The notes under the pieces: generated by a model
Databases searched by the model: none
The model's input: the letters and a program-made list of their open reading frames with translations, nothing else
What the model was told of the DNA's origin: nothing
Shown here: positions 27,442 to 41,420 of the stretch, in pieces
How the letters are laid out: each line of letters begins with the position of its first letter
Position numbering within the stretch: position 1 is the stretch's first letter
Translations under genes and position numbers: made by a program
Assembly: GCF_001194135.2 (NCBI RefSeq)
Contig: NC_068983.1
Location: 111,192,845-111,256,844, forward strand
Direction: 5' to 3'
DNA: 64,000 bases
Source of the DNA: Octopus bimaculoides
Lineage: Eukaryota

Positions 27442-29015
27442 CATCAATTAATATGCTTGCTCCACAACCCAGGTGTAGCGCCACACCTTACACATTATAT
27501 GCACAATCCCGTTTTAATATAGAAATCATTCTATAACATCTAGAATTCAACAATATTTCATTAAATATATACAATTGCAATTCTAAAAGTTATAACGTAC
27601 AACACATAACTAACTTCACGAATTTTACTCAAAAACGTATATTTCAAAAATATAGTTTATCATCATACGCTTTATCATTAAAATTTCTTGTTTCTCATTA
27701 AAGCGAGTGCGCATAATGTTTTTTGACAATGGTACCCAACAGCATCGGTGACAACATACGACACAGAACCCACAGAATCACACTCCCAAGAAGCTCACCA
27801 CTACACAACAGGAAAACATCAAACCACTCCTTCTAAAATGGTGAATACATGCATCTAGCTATGCGTACAATTGGTGAACTTGCATGAAAGACAACTCAGC
27901 AATATTATACAAAAGCCAAACTGCTCTGATTTGAATTTCATGAAAACACTGCCGTATTTAATAAATATGTTATGGTTATAAAACAACATTAAAGCTTCTA
28001 TACATCTTGGAGACATATTCAAAGCAGATAAGAACAAAGCAGTATGGATCATCTAAAGGAAACATGAATAATCTTCTTACATATAATGCTTCAATTGCTT
28101 GGTGATTTTAACATGAATGACAAACAATGGTACATGATGATGATGATGAGGAGGAGGAGGAGGGATTTTCTACTACACAATCTCACACAATATTAATTCA
28201 GTCTAACTACTTGTGTCAAATATCACCTATATTCTGTAGCCGTTATTAAATCATTTGCAATAATGAAACACGGGGTTCAGTAACTACGAAATCAAAACAC
28301 TTGTGGTACTTAGGTGTATGTGTCACTGTTGAATGGCTTTAGTTAGCTGTGTGTTGTCTCATAATAAGCCAAATAGATAATAGTTGAAATACAGTTTATT
28401 CTCAATAAAGTAACTTAAAATATTTGTATATACATAGAAGTTTTCCAGTAGTTGCCAGTAGTTGTAATTAAATTACAAACTAAAATGATGAGTGTCGCGT
28501 AAGAAGCAAGAATAATGTTTGTTCTTCCTAATAAAGAAGTAATCCTTTTTACTCCGGGTTGAATTTCATCAAAGGAAACATTGACGTTGGAAAGGCTAAT
28601 TGCTTATGCTTCGAAGGGCCGTTTCTGACTTATTCTGACGGGCTTTCGCTTTTATCACCACAAAAGCGCAGGAACATCCAGAACGTTGTAGAATGTTCTA
28701 CTATAAGGTCTAATATATCTGGTAGCAGACTGATTAATAACCAGAACACATCACTCACTTGATTTGAATGTGGTCTTATACAGGAAGCTGAAACTGTAAG
28801 GTTTCCATTATAAGTCTTGTTACACGCTCATCCATATAGATGTAACTCGGTAAAATTAAAACTTATTTTCTGTTTATTATAGAACTAGGCCTCATATATA
28901 TTTCTTTATACACTAGCATACATACAACATAAGTTTATGTGTGTAGGGATCTAATTACGTATGTACATATCTATCTATCTATAAATATATCTATCTATAA
29001 ATATATATAAATATA

Positions 29016-29297
29016 CAGGGATTAGCAATTGAGTTGCTTCTCCAACATACTGAAAATTTAGAAATAGCAGTCAAAGAACTACTGATTCCAAACTACAAAT
29101 TTTTCTCTAAAATGGATGGCGATATTTATGGCACACATAGAACAAAAAACCGGAGGGAAAAGCGTAAACAAACCAAGCCTTTTTGTTCTATGTGTGCCAT
29201 AAATATCGCCATCCATTTTAGAGAAAAAATTGTAGTTTGGAATCAGTAGTTCTTTGACTGCTATTTCTAAATTTTCAGTATGTTGGAGAAGCAACTC
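29016..29297. mobile_element. Foldback (hairpin) MITE-like element, Tc1/mariner-type terminus; right end lost in gap
   Basis: 118-bp inverted arms at 29031-29148 and 29180-29297 with one mismatch and a 31-bp spacer; left end TA|CAGGG. Confidence 0.8.
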
Positions 29298-30142
29298 NNN
29301 NNNNNNNNNNNNNNNNNNNNNNNNNNNNNNNNNNNNNNNNNNNNNNNNNNNNNNNNNNNNNNNNNNNNNNNNNNNNNNNNNNNNNNNNNNNNNNNNNNNN
29401 NNNNNNNNNNNNNNNNNNNNNNNNNNNNNNNNNNNNNNNNNNNNNNNNNNNNNNNNNNNNNNNNNNNNNNNNNNNNNNNNNNNNNNNNNNNNNNNNNNNN
29501 NNNNNNNNNNNNNNNNNNNNNNNNNNNNNNNNNNNNNNNNNNNNNNNNNNNNNNNNNNNNNNNNNNNNNNNNNNNNNNNNNNNNNNNNNNNNNNNNNNNN
29601 NNNNNNNNNNNNNNNNNNNNNNNNNNNNNNNNNNNNNNNNNNNNNNNNNNNNNNNNNNNNNNNNNNNNNNNNNNNNNNNNNNNNNNNNNNNNNNNNNNNN
29701 NNNNNNNNNNNNNNNNNNNNNNNNNNNNNNNNNNNNNNNNNNNNNNNNNNNNNNNNNNNNNNNNNNNNNNNNNNNNNNNNNNNNNNNNNNNNNNNNNNNN
29801 NNNNNNNNNNNNNNNNNNNNNNNNNNNNNNNNNNNNNNNNNNNNNNNNNNNNNNNNNNNNNNNNNNNNNNNNNNNNNNNNNNNNNNNNNNNNNNNNNNNN
29901 NNNNNNNNNNNNNNNNNNNNNNNNNNNNNNNNNNNNNNNNNNNNNNNNNNNNNNNNNNNNNNNNNNNNNNNNNNNNNNNNNNNNNNNNNNNNNNNNNNNN
30001 NNNNNNNNNNNNNNNNNNNNNNNNNNNNNNNNNNNNNNNNNNNNNNNNNNNNNNNNNNNNNNNNNNNNNNNNNNNNNNNNNNNNNNNNNNNNNNNNNNNN
30101 NNNNNNNNNNNATATATATATATATATACATACATATACATA

Positions 30143-31107
30143 TATGCATAATTCGTTGTCTGTTGTATTTATATAATGTTTTGTCTGTTTCTTAGTACAT
30201 ATTCGCTAACTTTTTCCCAGTAGCTAAATAAAGGTACTAGCGCCTACAAAATTGAGCAGTATCGAAGGTAATTGGCGTGAAACTGCTATGATATTTTGCG
30301 TCTTTGACTGAAGAGGAAAACTCAGCTGCGAATATTCTGTGTATCGTGTCGTTGTCTAATTTCCCGTCCGTTTAGTTTTCGTCAACTTACCCGTTTACTC
30401 TGCTTTCGTCTAAATTTCCTCAATCTATTCTTTCTGTTCAACCCTTGGTATATCCATGTAGCGCAATGTACATAGTTTGTTTACTTTATTGTAAAAATAC
30501 ATTCCTTGAATATTCTGGTGCCACTCTTCTCCACTCTTTCTCTCTTTGTCTTCGTTTCATTTTCATTATCTCCCTCTCTCTCCCTCTTTCTCTCTTACTA
30601 TATCTTTCTCCATCCCTACTCTTACTTGCTCTTTTTCCATCGTTACCCTCTTTTCCGCACCCGCTTACCTCTCTTGCGTCTTTCCCTTCTCCCTCTTTCT
30701 TACTCTGCTCCTTCGTTATCTCTCTCTCTCTCTCTTACTGTCATTTCCCCCTTTTTTCTACCTCTGTTCCTTCGTTCTCTCTCTATCTCTCTGTCGCCCC
30801 CTTTTTCCCTCTCTCTGACCACACTAGTTACGCTTTTTCTACGTCCGTTCTGTCCTCTAGGACTCCATTCAGTTCGTTTGACAGCTGCAAAGCTCTTTCT
30901 GTTGTATTTGTGGTATATGTATAATTGTAATCCGTAAGACTTCGTGCAGTTATATATGCATAATTCGTTGTCTGTTGTAATAATATAATGTCTTGTTTGC
31001 TTCTGTATTAGCACACATTTCCTAGCTTTTCCTAGTGGCTTAATTAGTGTACAGGCGCCTGCATAATTGAGTAGTATCGAAGTTAATTGGCATGAACCTG
31101 CTAAGAT
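30143..31107 (+). repeat. Diverged ~150-bp direct repeats (30143-30292, 30953-31107) around a pyrimidine-rich tract
   Basis: Both copies read TATGCATAATTCGTTGTCTGTTGTA...GCGCCT..A.AATTGAG.AGTATCGAAG.TAATTGGC.TGAA.CTGCTA.GAT. Confidence 0.8.
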
Positions 31108-31189
31108 GAATGCAAGTGGTCTACGACTGCTTTATTTCTGTCGTCAATTTGGTTTAACAATTGCAATCTCAATATTTCAGGAGGCAAAT

Positions 31190-31880
31190 AAGTATTAAAA
31201 CATCTGGAATCATTCTTTATCTGATAACTGGCACATGCTTGATTATGTCATAATTAAGTGCAAAGATTGCAGTGATGCCAGATTAACAAGAGCTAACTAA
31301 ACTCCTCAGTGTTACTTGGATCAAAGAATGCTCGAAGTAAGGTATGCGTAGAACCATATACAAAGAGGCCATTGAGACCAAATATACCTCCAAAAATAAA
31401 TGCACATTTAAAAAAAAAATCCTGAAATGACATAAAAGCTTGAAACACATCTAAATACAAAACTTGAGAAAAATAGAAGGAAATTAACCTGGAGTTTTGT
31501 GGCGTAATCTTCGTGAAAGCATCAAATCATCTACTGAGAAGTTTTAGGATTCGCCAAGAATCAAGATTGGTCCTAAAACCTATGCACAAAAGATCTCAAG
31601 CAAAAACTCACCGTCCCTCAGATCTTAATAAAATTTCTCTCAAAAAATTGCTTTTGGTGAAAAACTCTTGGTGGGCAAAAAAGCCCCAGAATTGGAACTG
31701 TCTGCTAAATCCCACAGCTTGAGAGCGATGTATAATAATCTCAAATGTGTATTTGATTTCAAAAAGCGTGGTATAGAACCTATTCTTTCTAATGACGGGT
31801 CAAAACTTATAAGTAGTAAAGATGAAATTCTGAAAAGATAGGCTGAACACTTTAAATTCGTATTAAATCATAAATGCGGA
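31190..31880 (+). mobile_element. RTE-clade LINE fragment (endonuclease end and linker)
   Basis: WHMLDYVII motif of the AP endonuclease; SSKDEILKR*AEHF.VLN linker motif. Confidence 0.65.
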
Positions 31881-31909
31881 TATACTCTCCAAGCCCTAAT
31901 CATTTTTTT

Positions 31910-32260
31910 TTTTCAAGTTGGACTTGAAAAGGAAGGAGAGGGCTGAGAGGGAAGTTCTGTCTCCCAGCAATTTTAGTTAAAGATGGAGCGAATGTTGTAA
32001 GAATGGTCAGCGTGAACGGACCTTCTTTAAGCGTGCACATGTAGATTAAAAGAGGAAGATGTGAAGAAGGCCTTACCCCAATGGTCAGGGTGACTGTGAT
32101 TATGTGGTGTCTGCGCGAGAAGCCCTTGGGGTCTCGGTGTTTGGGAACTTTTCGTTGTTAAAATATATTTTATCGCTTTTTACAACGTTTCATTGTATGT
32201 ATTGTCCTGTATTGTTCTCACATTTTTTGTGAACCCTTAATGATCAACATAGAAGACATT
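31910..32260 (+). mobile_element. Tx1/L1-like LINE 3' end
   Basis: KRKERAEREVLS...RMVSVNG; same family as 33890-34640. Confidence 0.65.
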
Positions 32261-32294
32261 ATCATCATCATCATTATTATTATTATTATTATTA

Positions 32295-32735
32295 GGGCAG
32301 CATACTGGTTGAATCGTTTGCACACCAGGCGAAATGCTTAACAGTATTTCGTCTGCCGTTACGTTCTGAGTTCAAATTTCGCCGAGGTTGACTTTACCTT
32401 TCATCCTTTCGAGGTCGATAGAATTAGTACCAGTTGCACACTGGGGTCGATGTAATCGACTTAATCCCTTCCTCCAAATCCGAGGCCTTGTGCTTCCAAT
32501 AGAAATGATTCTTATTATTATTAATGCGACGAGCTGGCAGAATTGTTAGCGCGCTGGATGAAATGCTTAGAGGCATTTCACCCGTCGCAACGTTCTGAGT
32601 TCAAATTCCGCCAAATTCGACTATACCTTACATCATTTTGGAGTCAACAAATTAAGTACTAGTCGCGTACTGGGTCGACCTGATCGACTGGTCTCTCTAC
32701 CGAAATTTCAGGCCTTGTGCTTATAATAGAAATAA
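32295..32735 (+). mobile_element. Two head-to-tail tRNA-derived SINEs with (ATT) linkers
   Basis: Each has a GAGCTGGCAGAAT-type head, GTTCTGAGTTCAAATT B-box, GACTTT.CCTT.CATC core and GGCCTTGTGC tail. Confidence 0.9.
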
Positions 32736-33889
32736 TGGGTATAGTTGTAGTAGTATGAGCCACAGCATTAAATCATCTTTTTCTTTTCAACTAAGTGAAA
32801 TTGAATCTAATATCTGCTGCCTGTAGCACTGCTCAATCCACAAAGAGCTTCCAGGTGGTTTCGTGCAACTTGTATATTATAGATAGAAGAGGTACTGTTG
32901 TATACCTACACTGATTATGAAGATTCTATTTAGTACATGTAAGTCTGTTATAGCAAAATTACTTTAAATGCAAACATCTTTAAATTATCATTTCAAACAA
33001 TTCACTTAAATAGAGTGGTTTTTCTGTTTAAGTTGTCTATGAATACGCGTACTATAAGAAGTTATATGAAGAAATGAAAGCCTTGCTATCGGCGCATTGT
33101 TTATGTACAGATTTTAATGACGCAAACGAAACGATAAAATTACAAGTAAGAATTGAAACTGGATCATAGACACAACCTCTTTTTGAGTTTATTGTTTGCT
33201 GTAATGTGCCATCAATCTTTAGATTGAAATTTTGAAAAATGGTGATTAATGTTCAAACGTTAATATCCTTTAGAATGAATACGATGTGCCGGTTTTCTGT
33301 AAGGGCTGTTATCTCTTATAGTTGACTTCTATTTAACATTTTCTGCAGATTAGAAATGGTCTGAATTTTCCATATTTATTTATGTAAATATGCGTTAAAC
33401 ATTCAAGAGAATGATAACATTTTTTCATTTGTTTTTGTTTTTTTATTTATATTAAAAAAATCAATGGCATTATGTTGCTATTTTCATTCCGATTTGTCTT
33501 ACTTTAGTTAGGAATTAATTGGAAAGGTTATTTCAAACCTTACACATAAGGAGAAATAACATTTATTTTCATACTGAGAAAGCACAACGTCTGTTTTTAT
33601 TTGTTTTTAAACGCATACATAAATATGTAAATTCACATTCAGACACTCGTTTATGCTCGTGTTTGCGCGCGCATCAGAGTAAACGGCAAGCAATAAAGGA
33701 CGACTAGCTGCGACAGTCTCAGCAGTAATACACCTTACTAAAGCACCTTATATTAACTTTACATATGCAAATCATACAGACCCTGCTCCGCCACACACAA
33801 GCAACTAGTGATATGAGAAGCCCCTAGTTGAAGAATGAGCTAGGTTGTCTGATAGCAACAACAGTTTCAATGTACAACATCTGATTTTT

Positions 33890-34640
33890 TATTACCCATG
33901 CGGGCTAACATAGAGGGGACAATACAATGTGATTGGGGTCACATACAATCGAATGATATAAATTTTTCATGTACAATGAAATCGAATGAATTGCAACACA
34001 ATAAATTACAAACAATAAATCTCAAACAATAAATCACAAACCACAAACAATAAATCACATGATGAGGTGTTCAAAACAGGTATGCTCCGACCCCACGAGC
34101 CCCGTCTTTAGCACCGACTTACTGGTAGTTACTCAATCGCGCTCACGCAGAGCCTTTCACCCCCAACATTCGTGCTACACGCGTCCATCGTTTTTTAAAT
34201 TCAATCTCTGACAAACACCTCTTTTCCAGTCCCACCTTCCTTTTCAAGTGAAAAGTGAACATTTTCACGAGGGGGAGGCCGGAGACGCAGGTATGTGTCA
34301 CGATACCTTTCATTCTCGACTTCCAAATCACATCTCTCGCAATTGCTACTACTACGAGAAAACAATTCTTACCTTCTTTCGTCAAGAAATCCGGCGGGTT
34401 AATTTTTACAATTGACTCAGACGATAGCTGTACTCTTCTGCCATCAGACAACAGTTGTTCCGCATAAACCCATACTTCTGAAATACCCGGACACTGAACA
34501 ATAGCGTGCAGGACGGTTTCCACTCCCTGCCGGCATCTTGGACAGGCCGTCGGCCCAGGGTAACAGTTTCAATGGACAACATCGAGTGCTTCGTAATGCA
34601 GTAGTATACTTTTGCTTCCCACTAGCAAAGTTCATGGTCT
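33890..34640 (-). mobile_element. Tx1/L1-clade LINE 3' fragment (CCHC region and 3' UTR)
   Basis: ETVLHAIVQCP...RDVIWKSR...FHLKRKV...KRWTRVARM (ORF 34143..34523). Confidence 0.85.
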
Positions 34641-35329
34641 ACATTATTCTCAGTAGATTTTTATCAAGCAGGATGCAATTCTTCATAGGGTGACGTTACA
34701 TGTAACGTTTACCAAGAGACAGCTCTGGAAAAGAGAGATATTCTGTCAAGAATCTCTCTTTGCAGTTTATTATTTGAGTCATTTTATACTGTATTCATAA
34801 ACGTTGAAACACATACAAACTTTCATGCGTATTCACATATGTTTGCGTATATATTTTTCAAACTTAGAAATTAAAGTTTCGTGTGTACATACAACAAATT
34901 TGCCTCTCGTGTGACAGAGACAACTTTGGTTGACAGCCGAATTTTACGCCAATTCTTTGTATCATATGTTTAACACCTGTATATTCTCCTCGCAAATGTA
35001 TCAATTTGTAAACATTCAAGCGGAGCCCCTTCAGTTTTTAAGTCATTTTTCTATTCCTATAACTATAATAAAAATAAAGTGTATGAGGAAGAAACGGATA
35101 GTTTTAATATTTCAGAATAAACTCTCTAAAATGCTCTAACAGACAACAAGCCATTAGAATGTAGCGCGGCCACATTAATAGTGCTTTTTTGTGTAAGCAC
35201 TAAGGTAACAACGCCAATGATGTCAATTGATATCAAGAAAAACATAGGAGACCTGAAACACGAAACAGCAGCCCTCGCAGTTATTGTTGCAAATTATAAA
35301 GAAAATGAAAAGAGGGGAACATTTTAAAC

Positions 35330-36500
35330 TTTAATTCTAAATTCTAAAAATAACTATTTTAAAAACATTTCAATATAGTAATTGTAGGGAAAAATTATAG
35401 GCAATTGAATTCGCCACCAAATTACTTTAGCAACATGGAAAGGAAAATGTGTGTATTTAATAGCACAGCGATTTGAACTATGTAATCTCTTTCAAATCTC
35501 AGCAAATATTTCGGAGAAGCGACTTAACTGTGAAGATAAAAATGAAAAACAAACTTGTGTTGTCCATTTAGTTAGAAAGCAACATCAGCAAGCGCATTTA
35601 ACAAAAATGCACAATCCGTTAAAAACTATCAAAGCATATATTAATGATAATCTCATGAAAAACAACAACATATGCATAATTATATGCATACGGCAATAAA
35701 AGAGTCTAATGTAAGACAAAAGATGGGCAACATAAATTTTTCGAACGTAATAATGGATATCGAATAAAAATTAATCGAATAACGATATCTAAGCACGGAA
35801 ACATAAAATGAAAAATTCTAGGGGAATAAGAAAACGATAAAACTCTATTACAGACCATATATCAATAGAATGTAACGTGACCACAATAATAGTGATTTTA
35901 GAACTAGTGCTATAGTAACAACACCAGTGATATCAATTAATATCATGAACAACATCCAGTACGAAAAAGAAAAGAAAAACAGAATAACAGTAGTCAGAGA
36001 AATTATTATAGCAAAAATGTGTTTGAAACTTAAAGAAATAACGTTTATGCAAGTTCAAAATAGGACACAACCTAGATATAATAAGATATCAAAATTATAA
36101 CATTAAAAAAGGTAGTTATTGATACACACCGGAATTAACACAAAGATTAAAAGTGACATAAAAATAGCTGTTAATAATCAATTAATTTACCAGAGCGATT
36201 CCTGAAAACGATTGCAATGAAATCAATAAAACCACAATAAAAGCAAAAAATAAAGTAAAAAATTATATACAGACTAACAACGGTATAAAAGTCAGAACAA
36301 TACGTGGCCTCTAGTACGGTACAAATATTGCAGTCAAAGATGGACATCGGGGTTAAAGAACGAAATAAGATATTACTCAGTAAAAAGAGAGTTGAAAAAA
36401 AATAATGATAATGATATTGTACGAAAATAAAATTGTTTAGGAAAAAAGATAATAAAGAGATTTAAATAACAAAACCACTAAAGAAAGAATACTAATCGGA
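35330..36500 (+). mobile_element. Very degraded LINE RT remnant
   Basis: NYRQLNSPPNYFSNMERK resembles NYRPISL...MERI; A-rich sense strand. Confidence 0.35.
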
Positions 36501-36879
36501 AAAAAAATTTGAATTTCGTAGAAAGAGACGTGAGTAAAAAAGATCATAAATCAAAATAATGAAAGAATTGAAACCAAATATATCATATACAGCAACAATC
36601 AATGATAAACATCACATCAGAGATATTGAGGCTGACAGAAACAGATATAACAGAAACTGGATACGATATTCTATTATAAAGAGGTCGTTCTGTGTTCATT
36701 TGACCAACAAGAAACAACAGGTAAATTTCTCCTAGATATCTCTCTACGGTGTTGAGCAAGCAGATACCTAAGGCTCTTTTCAGGTTTTAGTTAAACAATA
36801 GTTTTTTGTGTATTCCAGTCACTAGATTGTGAACGTATTGGGACAGCGCCTCATATTTACTCCTTAGAAGTTCGGAATG

Positions 36880-37262
36880 AAATGTCTTTCGGTATTACCT
36901 CAGGTCGTTCTGAGTTCAACTCTTTACCGTGCTTACCTATGCCTTCCGTCCTCTCGATCCCGATAAATATATAGTACTGCAAAAGTGCTGGGTTCCATTA
37001 ATCACCTTACCCCTCCCTCAAAATTGTTAGCCTCTTGTCTAAATTAGAAGCAAATACTATTATTAAGGTAGCAAGCTGGCAGAATCGTTAGAATGTCTGG
37101 CGAAATGTCTAGCGGCATTTCATCCGTTTTCATGTTCTGAGTTCAAATGTCGACTTTGCCTTTCATCCTTTCGGAGTCGAAAAATTAAGTACCAAATGAG
37201 CATTGGGATCGATGTGATCAATATAACCAAATCCCCAAATTAGTGCTAGAATTTGAAACCGT
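36880..37262 (+). mobile_element. Two tandem tRNA-derived SINE copies (first partial)
   Basis: Same head, B-box and core as 32295-32735. Confidence 0.85.
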
Positions 37263-38013
37263 TATTAAAATTACCAAAGAGAGAAGTTTTACTGTGTTGT
37301 TGAATATTCTAGAAAACGCATGCGAATCTTCATGAAATCCCATTCTACTACAGAATAAGTGAAATAATAATAGACACTATTTGTCTAAAAATAAGACCGA
37401 TTGATCATGAGGGATCACCTTTGATCATAGGAATGTTCCATTAGTTCTTACCTAGTGCTACAAAACAACAATGTGCAACATATCTTCTTAATAGAAAAAC
37501 TGGGCGCTGGCAACCTCTACTACTACAGTGTTATAATATGCATGCCAAAAAGAAAAAAGAATTCGATAATATAAAATAAAGAAAATACGTAGTACTTCGT
37601 CTTTAGTATTCAATATCAATTAAATAATTCAAAGTTGTGAGAGTTTCAAAAATAGACCCAGAATCTAAATTCTTAAAAAATCATTCCCATGACATCATCT
37701 AAAATATCTAATTTGCAAATATATCTTAAATATACAAAATTTTACACAACTGAATTAGAAGTAGAAGCATTTCTCTATAAAATCTTCAGATAAAGTTTAC
37801 TCCAGAAAAAGAAACCAAAGACGTTTTGTACAATTAATAGTAAAACTCATTAAAAAGTAAAAGATATGTTCAACCCAAAAAGAAACTAAAACTTATTTTG
37901 CAAAAACAAACACATTAAGTTTACATACATAAACAAAAAGGAAAACACAAAGTATCTATATATGGAAACATACACATGAGATTCTAAAAATGAACTTGGA
38001 AACAAAAAAAGTA

Positions 38014-38661
38014 GGATCTAGTTCAAAACGGGGGCGCCAGTATTTTCTTAACGAAACACTTTGAAACTTGGGACACTGGTAGAATGTGTCATATAAAACA
38101 TCTTTTTCTCTTAGTCTTCTTAAGAAAAATTATTATATTGCAAATTATTTCATGTTAAAGTTGTCGTATTTCTGTAATTTCAACCAATGACTGACGTCCA
38201 TTCAGCCGAATACAGTAAGTGCTGACTACGTAAACAAACGATTCTCAAACGATTCTGGCGGTGATAAAATTATTATTTCCTTGTCAAAAAATGGCTGAAG
38301 CATATTGGCAGTAGCTAATAAACCTTTCTATTATAGGCACAAGGCCTGGTTAGGGTTAGGGTTAGGGTTAGGGTTACGTGTGTTACCTCTCTGCAAAATG
38401 TCAGGAGTAATGGAGATTAAATACGCTTTACACCACTTAAACTGCCAAAGGAGTAACTGTAAACAGCTGAATACTTGTCCGTGATTGGTTGAAATTATCG
38501 AAATAAGACAATTTTTTACATGAAATAACTTCGAATACAAAAATTCTTTTCTGTTCTATAACACAAAATAGATAAGTATACGAAGTTTGAAAGTCTTTCG
38601 GTACCAAAAATACTACATAAAACATAAATGAAGACTGGTGCCCCCGTTTTGAACTAGATCC
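38014..38661. mobile_element. 648-bp non-autonomous DNA transposon with 28-bp TIRs and 8-bp TSD
   Basis: TIR GGATCTAGTTCAAAACGGGGGC(G/A)CCAGT at both ends with one mismatch; AAAAAGTA at 38006-38013 and 38662-38669. Confidence 0.92.
38348..38376 (+). repeat. Interstitial telomeric-type repeat (TTAGGG)4 plus partial units
   Basis: GGTTAGGGTTAGGGTTAGGGTTAGGGTTA read directly. Confidence 0.9.
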
Positions 38662-39044
38662 AAAAAGTATGCTAAATTGTAATGTAAATGATACATAAGC
38701 ATTGAAATTTCGTTCAACAAAATTATCAACCAAATAAACAAAATCTATTGTCAGGATTAGTAAAATATTATCTGACTTAAAAATTCACGTCTTAACAAGA
38801 TGTAGGATATTTTTTTAATTGCACATACACGCCCAGTTTCAACTCAATAAAACATAGCTAAAATAGAGCATTAAAGAGCAGCTTAAGCTACTTAGTATCT
38901 GGTTGACAGATTATAAGGAATTGAGAATACATCTATAGTCGTAATAGGATAGTAAGCTTTCTTTATTTCGAAATATGCGACGAAATTGATATTGTAATGG
39001 AAAAAATAAAAAGTGACCATATATATATATATATATATACATAT

Positions 39045-39109
<65 letters not shown>

Positions 39110-39834
39110 CTATAAGAGATTATAAGGAAATGTAAAGACATTGCGATTTTAGGATGTTCAAACAGACGCGTATAAAACAAGAGAAACAAAAATGAGAAGA
39201 AGAAAGAAATAATGGTTATTATCATTATGATGTTGATGAAAGTAAAAAATGACATCGAGGACCATGCTCAAGATAAAGCTAGACAAGAAAAGGAAGATAT
39301 ACGAACATCTCTTAAAGCCATTTTAATATATTCAAACGATATAATCTCCAATACATACAACTGATATTATTGTTAAAATGAATACTTTTTGTTAGTCAAA
39401 ATGAAAGGAATTAGAAACACAGTAATATTATAGAAAATGCAGGGAAAACGATATATAAAGGAATTGTGCTGTACGAATAAGTGATATCATGTGTTTACAT
39501 AAAAAAAATTCCAGCTATCTAAACTTTCCAGGTTTCTTTTATTTCTAGCCTAAAAGTTATGATAATGTCTTCTCCAAAAAAAAAGCAAAAAAGAAAAGAA
39601 AAAGATCGTGTTAAGTTCCAGAATTAGGGAGGAAAGCGCAGTCAATAAAATTGACCCTTTACATCAGAGGTAGTTTTTTTATTGACTCTGGAAATTTGAA
39701 TATCAAAGTCAACCATAACAATAATTGGATTCAGAACCAAAAGTGATGCAGATATGAGTCACCTGATTTCCTACCCCATGAAGCTCTCTAAGTGATTATG
39801 AAGATGATGATGACGATTATGATTCTTTATACTA

Positions 39835-40333
<499 letters not shown>

Positions 40334-40699
40334 TTCTTTATCAAAAAATAAGACTCCGCAAAACAAAAACACCTAACGTTTCAGAAAGAATGCATAATTC
40401 CCCAGATGAGGAAGACTTCCGAGGACTACTCATGGAATCCACATAAAAACACGGCCACAATGTCAACTATGACAAGTGCCCTCTCCCTGTTGTCTTCTTT
40501 CAGTCTACAGGTGCATTCTCAGTGTAAGTCAATTCACTCCTCCCATGCTCGTTGCTTTCAACAACCTTTCAAAAGATCAGCACAATTAAAACTCGAGAAA
40601 GTTGAGGAATGCTTATACAAACTAAAAAATGTCTACCTTCAACTCTTTCAATCTTGTCCACCACAAAACCTCTTCCATTGCGGCTATCAGACAAAAACA

Positions 40700-41420
40700 T
40701 ATTGCCCATATTCCTAGTAAAAGGAAGGTGATACGACTATATTCACAAACATTCAGTTGATAGCTAGATACGCCCTACACGTGAACGCATGTGTTCGATA
40801 TGACCCCACAAGTTAGCTATATCCGGGCACAGGACGAATGCATGCCGAACGTATTCGTCGTTCCATGCGCATTTCAATGCATTGTTTAGCCGTCGGCACT
40901 TTTGTGCCTGTGGTGTCTATCACCACCCTCCAGCCTAATAGTACTGTTAAGCCAAAGATTTTTGGAAGTCATCCATGATCCTCAGCACGAAAGACCTCTG
41001 GAACAGGCCATTTGACGTTCCTCAATCTACGCTTGATCCAGGACTGCTACTCCGCCAAACACATGCTGCAGATGTCACAACATGTCTTCATATCATCAGC
41101 CACAGCTTGCTCAATCTTCATTCCGCTGCTGATGGCAGTAAAATGAGCATCTGACAAGTGGAAAGCGTCCTTCCCACAGAAAGCAGAAGAACATGTGCTT
41201 TAGTCCTGTTAGATGTGAAGTGGAGTAAATCAGGTGGTAATATATTACGGAGTCGATGTAAGCATTCATCATCTCTGCCCGAACTTTTAGGGATAGCCTT
41301 CACTCAGCCCATTGAGTGAGATTGACTACCCTTCTCGCTTCCTCGTTCTTCTCCACCTGGAGACCTCGACCAAACCAAACCTCAAGCAATTTTAGCGATT
41401 CGTCCATCTATCGTCCTACA
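40700..41420 (-). mobile_element. Degraded Tx1-like LINE ORF2 fragment
   Basis: LKGRAEMMNAYIDSVIYY...FFCFLWEGRFPLVR, typical of the post-RT region of Tx1/L1 elements. Confidence 0.65.

Noticed and set aside
27728-27858. Thr-rich peptide ending at a GT donor-like site
   Set aside because: No in-frame acceptor upstream; all candidate frames contain stops.
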